A stretch of DNA of 32,000 nt from an uncultured bacterium (lineage in GTDB: Bacteria; Patescibacteriota; Gracilibacteria; UBA1369; PNNO01). The position numbers and the translations under genes are program-made. Numbering within the stretch: position 1 is the first letter of the stretch; the number at the start of each line of letters is the position of its first letter. The notes beneath the pieces are model-generated. The model was not told the origin of the DNA, searched no databases, and was given only the letters and a program-made list of their open reading frames with translations. Shown here one piece after another: positions 5,794 through 12,716 of the stretch. The DNA is taken from the NCBI GenBank assembly GCA_963704705.1, contig OY969931.1, forward strand, positions 150,001 to 182,000, read 5' to 3'.

Positions 5794-8700
5794 TTATTTC
5801 AATTTTACACGCTTTTTATACATCTCCCAAGCTGCTTCATTTATTTTTTGTTGAGATCGATTTAATTTCTTTTTAAAATAAAATAATTCTTCAGCTTTTG
5901 CCCTTTTTACCGGATTTTTTATTCCAGCAATTTGTTCAGGAGATCTGTCTGGAATAGACCTCCAAAGTTCATAAAATGTATGTGTTTGAAATTCAGTACC
6001 TGTTGGGAGTTTTAATTTTCCTTCTTTACCAATCCTTTTAGCAATTTCAGCAGCAAGCTCATGCTCTCTTTGTGAAAATTTTAATTTCCCTTTTAATGAA
6101 GGGATATTCATCCCTTGTTCTTTAACCTTAAGCATTTCAGAAATATGGAATTGTAATTCAGCTACTCTTCCATCTTTAAATTTAATGCTTATATTCATAT
6201 CTCTATATTGTGCAGGATGTTCGTTAGGTTTAAGTGGATCACCAAAGTTGTCTTTAATAAATATTTTAGCTACTTTAGGGTGCCTTTTAAGTGCCTCAAC
6301 AGCATGTCTAATTTGTGGAAGTGTACCATATTCCAATGATCCTCTAGCTATATCTAATAACTTTGACGCATTACCATTATACTCACCAGGATCTAAAGCT
6401 TTTTCCATTGTTCTTCCTATTTTTTTAACTGGTGCCTGATGATTACCGGTTTGATGACTTCCGTCTCCAATTAAATCTACACCTTCTTCCACAGGTTTAA
6501 CTTTCCCTGCAATATCATTCATTAAAGAGTCGAGCATATCTTTGGTTCCTTTTCGTTTTCCAAGTCTTACAATTTCCATATAATTTTCAAAAGCTTTGAA
6601 ATTAGCTTCATTTATTTTCGGATTAGTATTTGCAATCCCAAGTCTTTTTAATTGTGTTGGATTTTTTCGTATTGCTTGTAATTCTGCATATGAAGCATTT
6701 GCTAATCCAGGAGCTTTGCTTAAAAGCATTTCTTTCCCATGAATTTTAGCTTTTGTAGATTGAGATAATTTTTGTATTTTTACTGCTTCAGCCTGAACTT
6801 TTTGAACATATTTAATGTATGCATCAAACCTTTTTAATGCAGCTGGACTTGATAATCCTATTTTTTTTAACTTACCAGGACTATTTCTAAGTTTTACAAG
6901 TACCTCAATTGGCTTTTGAAGATCAGGCATTTTTGCGAGTGTTTGTTCAACACCGTTAATCCTTTTGGTAAATTGCTCAGCTATTCCATGATTTGTTACA
7001 TTTGGTTGATTAAATTTATCTAAACTAATTACAGCTTTATCTACTAGGTATTCTGCTTGTGTTTTATATATTTGTTTTTCACCCTTATAATTATATGCAA
7101 TAAGGCTTCCATCAGCATTTGTTTTTACAATCTGAAAAGCAGCTTCTTTTATATAATCCGTCATTTTTTCATAATATTGTACTTTTCCTTTTGTATTGTA
7201 AGCTAAAATTCCATGTTTATTTTTGTGCAGTAATGTATATGCAATTTCTTGTCTTTTACTTCGAGGGACTTGGTTTGTTTTATTAAATTCTGTTGCCAAT
7301 GCTTCCATGCTTGGCCTTTTCATAGTTCTTAAATTTATGCCTTGGCTTTCAGCAAGCTTTGCAATACTTCTTGATCCTTCTTTAGGAGCAACCTTTACCA
7401 ATGCTAAAGGCGTACCTACTACACCCGATACGACACTTATAGATAATATACCAAGATCTCTTAAATCTTTTGGAAGTAATTTTCCTAACTTAGGGTGTTC
7501 TTTTTTAAATTTTTCATATTTCCCATTATAATTATTCATAAATACTTGGAATGCATGTTTGATTGAGTTATTTTTTAAATATCCTTTAATTTTATCTTTT
7601 TTGTTTTTTAAAAAGTCTTCTGCATTTTTATATAATTTTGAACCTTCCCTTAAAGCTTGCATTCTTTTTTTAATCAATTCTTTTGAAAATAAAATACTTT
7701 CTACCGGTATTGAATTTATAATTTTTTTTGCTGTTTCTTCGGAAATCCCAAATTTTTTCAATTTGCCAATTAAAGAAGACTGAAGACTTTGTGCATTTTT
7801 AGTTATATGCCCATTTTGTTTAATAGATTCTCTTATTAACACAATGTATCCCGCATAAGCCGGATCTTCTGTTAACTCTTTGATGCCTGCAATTTGCTTA
7901 GCTGACAAACCTGCATATAATTCGATTTTATCAGGAGTAATTTTTTTATCACTCAGCATTTCGTTTAGAAGTTTTGCTTTTCCTCTTGTAATGGGATTTA
8001 CATCGCCTTGCATTTTGGCGATTTCTGCCTTTAATTGTGCTTTTTTTTCCCAATTACCAAATAATTTTCTAAATTTAGCACCCCCGAAGTGATATAGAGG
8101 CATTTGAGCTAAATTATTTATAAATGATGTATTACTAAAATAACTCATGACACCCGCAGATCCAGCCATATGAATAGCATTTGGAAATAAATTTTGAGTT
8201 AATTTTTGAAATTTGGAAAGCTCTGCAGGTGGAATTTTTCTAAACATTCTAGTAAATTTTGCAAGGGGATTTAATGCCATCCCAACAATCTTCATTGATC
8301 CAAGAAAGGTGAATGAATGTTTTACACCTTTAAAAGTAAATCTTTTCATCATTTCATTTAAACCTCCACCCTGGTCAGCAACCTGTAGTCCTGTCATCAA
8401 TGCTTCAAATGCCGGAGCCTCTACTGCCAAGCCCGCAGTTTCTGCAACTAATTTTGTAGTTAGATTTCTTATCAATCCCTGTTCTGCAAAACTTGCCAAC
8501 CTGCTAGTAACAAACGTTGTTGCCCCTCTTCCTAAAAAACCGGCTAAGCCGCCTGAAGCAACTATAAATAAAGCCTGCTTCAAACCATCATCATTTTTAG
8601 GCAGACGTAATTCCCCGGGTATATACTCCCCGTTTTCGTTGGTTATTGATTTAATTAAATCTTTAATTTCTTTTGCTTTTCCTTTTGTATACAAAACCTG

Positions 8701-10758
8701 CTTTACTTTTTTCATCATCAAAGCGTTCACGGAGTTATAATTTTTCATAAAACCTTTTTTCTCATCTAGTGTGCCTCTCATGATATCCAGCCAATCAGAA
8801 TTTTTATGCCATTTTCTTAACATTTTAGTTGTTTCACCTCGTTTTACTCCCGATAAAAATGCTTGTGAAGCATGTGTCCAATAATTTGGCACGGATGCAT
8901 TAATAAAATTATCTCCTCTTTGTATTTGTTTAGTTGTTGCATTTCTGCCGCGTAGCAATTTAAGTGCTTCATCCTCAAATAAATCTTTTCTTTTTTTATC
9001 ATTTTCAACTTCGGTTAATGTAACAATTCTTCTTACTAAATTATCGAAATTAAAATTATTTTTACTTCCCATATCTGCATCAACTTCTTGACCTAAATCA
9101 AGCTTATCAAATGCATCATGTAAAGAATTGGCTTTTCCTTTATTAATTAAATTTCTTAATTTATTAATTATTTTATAAGCGCCGAAATTTTTTCTTTTCT
9201 CAGGTTTCATCGGAACATTATTTATAACATTTTCCGCCATATTTAATATGCCTATTGAAGCCTTTTTTAAGCCTTCATTGCATTTTTCTTTTAATTCCAA
9301 ATATCCTTTATCCATCTGAACTTTGGCCCTTACATTTTTAAGTGGACTTCTTTTAATTTCGTCAGATTTTCTTGAAGAACTGTTTTGTAAATAATGACCA
9401 CCTTCGGAAAAACCCGCCTGATTTAGATATTTTTTAAAATGCGCATAGGCATTTATATAATCCTGGTTTTGCAAATCAACTTCTGCTCTGTAGTAATCTT
9501 TTTTAATAGGATCTTCTTTTGGATCTTCAATTTGTTTTTCAAATTTAAGCCTTTTAAAAATTTCCATATGATTATTTAATAATCCATTCAGAATACTGAT
9601 TTTCTGCATACCTTTTCCTTTTTTAAATAAAATGGTTGGAAAAAATTTATCTTTTGGATTATTTGGATTTTCTTTAAAGAAAAGACCGTACTGAGTATAA
9701 TTTTCTTCTATTGCAGCTTTCATTAATGGTCTATCTTCTTCTGGTAATAAATCCAATTGAGGATTTTTATAAAAGGTTTTTACTTGCACTAGCATTTTTG
9801 CGACCTGAACATCTAATATTTCTTCATTAAGCGAGTCAGGATATTTTTTTTCTTTTGAAACATTTTCATAATTATTGAATTCATCTATCACTAGATTAGA
9901 TTCAACTGATTTTTGTATTTCTCTGGCTTTATAATTTTTATTTTCAATCTCTTTTAATAAATCCATCCAATTTACTTTATTCTTTCCCTTTTTTAAAACA
10001 AGTTTGAAATTGGTAAATGAAGTTGGAGGCTCGTCCGGGATATCAGGGTTAATTTGTACAGGAACATCGCTTTTATCACCTGTTGTAGCCATCGAATATA
10101 TATGATCATCTTTATACTTATTTTCCATTTCATCAAATACAACTTTAAATTCAGATAACTTAACATTTCCGTTGCTATCAACACCGGTTACATAATTTGG
10201 ACCTTTAAGCCCGTGTATTACAGTTCCTGACTTGAAAAACATATTGAATTTTCCTTCAAGCAAAGATACTTCCAAAATGTCTTCCTTGATTTTTAAAGCG
10301 AGATCAGGGTGGAGCTTATCGATATTATTCTTTTTAGAAAAATTTTCGTAAAGTTTTTTAGCTTTTCCAAATTTTCTTTCCTTGACCAGTTTTTGTGTTT
10401 CCACTTCTTTTTTAAGCAACTCAACTTCAAAATATTCTTTTTGCTTTATTAGTAATTTTTCATACAATTTACCTGTTCTTTCATTTAATGAAGCATTTAA
10501 TTTTTCGCCCTCTTTGGCACTTACTTTTTTGTCCTTTAAAATTTCATTCATCAAATCCTGCGTGCCCCCCAGATATTGATCCATATCTGTTTCCCACCCT
10601 GGATAATTATTTTTTTTAATAAATTCTGTGGCCAGCTTTTGATATTTTGAAAGCATTTGTTTTGTTTCTTTGTATTTTTCCCATTTGGGAAAATTTTCAC
10701 CTAATTTATCTAATGCTGCTTTATCAACTACTTTTTTTGCATTTTCAAATACTTTCAT
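5794..10758 (-). CDS. Giant 1,654-aa protein with a C-terminal RelA/SpoT-like (toxSAS-like) nucleotidyl/pyrophosphotransferase domain
   Basis: An uninterrupted 4.96-kb ORF in AT-rich DNA. No N-terminal signal peptide (MKVFENAKKVVDKAALDK). Central Gly/Ala-rich hydrophobic block at aa ~727-895. Internal repeats at aa ~1183-1247 and ~1287-1400. RSH core motifs occupy the last ~190 aa. Confidence refers to a real CDS; I would put the functional call at about 0.55. Confidence 0.9.
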   Translation of the reverse strand: MKVFENAKKVVDKAALDKLGENFPKWEKYKETKQMLSKYQKLATEFIKKNNYPGWETDMDQYLGGTQDLMNEILKDKKVSAKEGEKLNASLNERTGKLYEKLLIKQKEYFEVELLKKEVETQKLVKERKFGKAKKLYENFSKKNNIDKLHPDLALKIKEDILEVSLLEGKFNMFFKSGTVIHGLKGPNYVTGVDSNGNVKLSEFKVVFDEMENKYKDDHIYSMATTGDKSDVPVQINPDIPDEPPTSFTNFKLVLKKGKNKVNWMDLLKEIENKNYKAREIQKSVESNLVIDEFNNYENVSKEKKYPDSLNEEILDVQVAKMLVQVKTFYKNPQLDLLPEEDRPLMKAAIEENYTQYGLFFKENPNNPKDKFFPTILFKKGKGMQKISILNGLLNNHMEIFKRLKFEKQIEDPKEDPIKKDYYRAEVDLQNQDYINAYAHFKKYLNQAGFSEGGHYLQNSSSRKSDEIKRSPLKNVRAKVQMDKGYLELKEKCNEGLKKASIGILNMAENVINNVPMKPEKRKNFGAYKIINKLRNLINKGKANSLHDAFDKLDLGQEVDADMGSKNNFNFDNLVRRIVTLTEVENDKKRKDLFEDEALKLLRGRNATTKQIQRGDNFINASVPNYWTHASQAFLSGVKRGETTKMLRKWHKNSDWLDIMRGTLDEKKGFMKNYNSVNALMMKKVKQVLYTKGKAKEIKDLIKSITNENGEYIPGELRLPKNDDGLKQALFIVASGGLAGFLGRGATTFVTSRLASFAEQGLIRNLTTKLVAETAGLAVEAPAFEALMTGLQVADQGGGLNEMMKRFTFKGVKHSFTFLGSMKIVGMALNPLAKFTRMFRKIPPAELSKFQKLTQNLFPNAIHMAGSAGVMSYFSNTSFINNLAQMPLYHFGGAKFRKLFGNWEKKAQLKAEIAKMQGDVNPITRGKAKLLNEMLSDKKITPDKIELYAGLSAKQIAGIKELTEDPAYAGYIVLIRESIKQNGHITKNAQSLQSSLIGKLKKFGISEETAKKIINSIPVESILFSKELIKKRMQALREGSKLYKNAEDFLKNKKDKIKGYLKNNSIKHAFQVFMNNYNGKYEKFKKEHPKLGKLLPKDLRDLGILSISVVSGVVGTPLALVKVAPKEGSRSIAKLAESQGINLRTMKRPSMEALATEFNKTNQVPRSKRQEIAYTLLHKNKHGILAYNTKGKVQYYEKMTDYIKEAAFQIVKTNADGSLIAYNYKGEKQIYKTQAEYLVDKAVISLDKFNQPNVTNHGIAEQFTKRINGVEQTLAKMPDLQKPIEVLVKLRNSPGKLKKIGLSSPAALKRFDAYIKYVQKVQAEAVKIQKLSQSTKAKIHGKEMLLSKAPGLANASYAELQAIRKNPTQLKRLGIANTNPKINEANFKAFENYMEIVRLGKRKGTKDMLDSLMNDIAGKVKPVEEGVDLIGDGSHQTGNHQAPVKKIGRTMEKALDPGEYNGNASKLLDIARGSLEYGTLPQIRHAVEALKRHPKVAKIFIKDNFGDPLKPNEHPAQYRDMNISIKFKDGRVAELQFHISEMLKVKEQGMNIPSLKGKLKFSQREHELAAEIAKRIGKEGKLKLPTGTEFQTHTFYELWRSIPDRSPEQIAGIKNPVKRAKAEELFYFKKKLNRSQQKINEAAWEMYKKRVKLK
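5959..6429 (-). other. RSH synthetase-like domain within the giant CDS (aa ~1444-1600)
   Basis: Ordered motifs: LLDIARGSLEY (Asp1469, nt 6352..6354); IKDNFGDPLKPNEHPAQYRDMNISI (nt 6193..6255), compared with the canonical KDYIA.PK.NGY.S.H; GRVAELQFHISEM (Glu1534, nt 6157..6159), compared with the canonical EIQIRT..M. Confidence 0.55.
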
Positions 10759-11083
10759 TATTTTTTATTTTTGATATAAATTTTTTACTATAACTTTTAA
10801 ATTTTTTTTGAAACTTATCAGTTAAATTATGCTTTGCCATAATTACAATTTTTTTATCATTTTCTTTTTGAATTATGTCTTTAAAATATTCATAAGTCTT
10901 CTTAATAAGAGAATTATTCGCGTTCTCAATAAATAATTTCCATTCATTTTTTTCATTTTCAGAAAGGAAATCAACGTAATTAATAAGCTGGATTAATTTT
11001 TGTTTTGTGATTTTTGTTTTCGGCATAATCTGAGCATAATATATCGTAATATTATACATCAAAAATCGTTTAAAATAAAGCAA
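10745..11083 (-). CDS. Small K/N-rich hypothetical protein at the head of the giant-gene module; true start probably ATG 11026 (93 aa)
   Basis: The track ORF begins at a TTG (11083..11081). An in-frame ATG at 11026 (MPKTKITKQKL...) lies downstream of a TATAAT at 11056..11051 (minus strand). The stop TGA 10745..10747 overlaps the giant gene's ATG (10758..10756) by 14 nt. Confidence 0.5.
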   Translation of the reverse strand: MLYFKRFLMYNITIYYAQIMPKTKITKQKLIQLINYVDFLSENEKNEWKLFIENANNSLIKKTYEYFKDIIQKENDKKIVIMAKHNLTDKFQKKFKSYSKKFISKIKNNESI

Positions 11084-11105
11084 AAATGTTCAATTGCTAT
11101 ATTTA

Positions 11106-12653
11106 TTATCCAAATACCGCAGTAATCTTCGAATCCAACTTTGGATATTTTTTAAAATATTCCAAGCGCTCGCTTTTCAACCGCGTTACCATCTCATTGT
11201 ATTCATCTATACGGCCTGTTCGTTCGTATAAGTGTTTTGGTTGAACAATTTCCATGTCATCAAGCCCAGGAACTTCACTGGCTATCATATAGCCAAAATC
11301 AGGATCTTCTTCCCATTTAATTGTTCCTTCCGCAATGCCTTTAACGCACGCTGAAGAATGCGGGATTTTAACTTTTTTTGAAGATTCAATTGATTCCTGT
11401 CCGCCAACTCTTCCTGTGTTCATTAAGTATACTTCCATATCTATTTTTTCGAGTAATTCTTCAACTCTATTGCCTTGCATGTCATCAAGAAGTGGAAAGA
11501 AAGGGTTTGTTCCGGGTATGCGAAGAGCTTTGCCAGCCTCTGAAGCTCCACCAGCAGAAGTTCCAGTTGTTTCCCCAAGCATAAAATATGCTGCGGCTTG
11601 TTCAGCATTTAATTTTGCAACTGCAGGAATTATATTTTCGTTACGATTTAAAATAATTAAAGCATCCGCTTTCTCAATTTCGCTTGCTTTTGCCGCATTT
11701 GGGATAGCATCAAGGCTGAACACGGCACGTCCGTTTTTAGTATAGGAAGTATCAAAAAAGTCGAGCTCGCCTTCTTCGTTCATCGAAACATTTTCCAAAT
11801 ATGCACGCTTATCAATAGTTGCATTGTAGATTGCTTCTTCTGTTTCCGGATTCAAGCCAAAAGTTTTTGCAAAGCATCCGGCTTCAGTTGCAATAACTTT
11901 TCCATCAGGCATTAAAGCCACAAAGTCGTCCTGAACCGGCCGGCTGTTGTTTTGCGAAGTGAAAGTTGTTGTTGTTTTTCCTGTTCCGCTTAGACCGATA
12001 ATTAGAAATGTTTTTTCACCTTCAGATGTTGGGATGATTTTTGCACCTGCGTGAAGGGAAAGTCCGCCATGATCATAAATCATTTTATTCCACATTCTAA
12101 GACCAGCTTTTTTACTCTCTCCAAAATAATCAGAATTAAAAATTCTTGTAACATAATTATCTACATCAGCTGCAATCAATCTATCTTCAGGAAACCCCTC
12201 AGCCTTTAAATTAGGCGTATAAATCACAGTTAAATCAGGTTTATAATTTTCATTTTCATACTCCTCCAAAGGGTAATACATTATTTTTTGCATGGCAGCA
12301 ATATTCGCGATTGCAGGTTCGCAAATTAATCGAGCTTTTGTTTTGTACCCATCCTCATTTCCTATATATCCATCAATAACAATCATATCCTTACCTTTCA
12401 TATATTCATTCTGGATTTGCGCCATTTTATCACCTTCTTCTTTGCTAATTGTCTGCATTGTGTGATTTTCAGGATTATCCGAAACAACATAAGTTGAAGG
12501 AGCTGACCTTGCAACCACGCGAGTAGCCACATTCCAGTTGCCGTATTTTGTGCGCTTTGCATTTGGCATTTTTTTGATCATTTCATCGAGCTGCGCTAAA
12601 GAAGGATTGTAAATAAGATTCCAATCTTCCGGGAGAGTTGCGAAATTAGACAT
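11106..12653 (-). CDS. pckA: Phosphoenolpyruvate carboxykinase (ATP)
   Basis: 515 aa. Kinase-1a motif LIIGLSGTGKTTTT, with FGESKKAGL, QDDFVAL, EAGCFAKT, YLENV, TKNGRAVF and LMNTGRVGG in the order expected for ATP-PEPCK. The sequence is divergent. Confidence 0.8.
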   Translation of the reverse strand: MSNFATLPEDWNLIYNPSLAQLDEMIKKMPNAKRTKYGNWNVATRVVARSAPSTYVVSDNPENHTMQTISKEEGDKMAQIQNEYMKGKDMIVIDGYIGNEDGYKTKARLICEPAIANIAAMQKIMYYPLEEYENENYKPDLTVIYTPNLKAEGFPEDRLIAADVDNYVTRIFNSDYFGESKKAGLRMWNKMIYDHGGLSLHAGAKIIPTSEGEKTFLIIGLSGTGKTTTTFTSQNNSRPVQDDFVALMPDGKVIATEAGCFAKTFGLNPETEEAIYNATIDKRAYLENVSMNEEGELDFFDTSYTKNGRAVFSLDAIPNAAKASEIEKADALIILNRNENIIPAVAKLNAEQAAAYFMLGETTGTSAGGASEAGKALRIPGTNPFFPLLDDMQGNRVEELLEKIDMEVYLMNTGRVGGQESIESSKKVKIPHSSACVKGIAEGTIKWEEDPDFGYMIASEVPGLDDMEIVQPKHLYERTGRIDEYNEMVTRLKSERLEYFKKYPKLDSKITAVFG

Positions 12654-12716
12654 AATTTTTTAAATTAAATTACACGCGTATCTTAAACTCTTGGAATTAA
12701 TCGGGCAAGTTTAAAA

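Noticed and set aside
6185-10579. Plus-strand ORFs antisense to the giant gene (6185..6439, 7223..7531, 7559..7783, 7880..8092, 8213..8740, 10382..10579) and the nested minus-strand ORF 9993..10184
   Set aside because: These are shadow frames of a 4.96-kb ORF. Their translations are low-complexity F/L/S/I-rich strings, as expected from the complement of K/E/N-rich codons, and none has a plausible start context.
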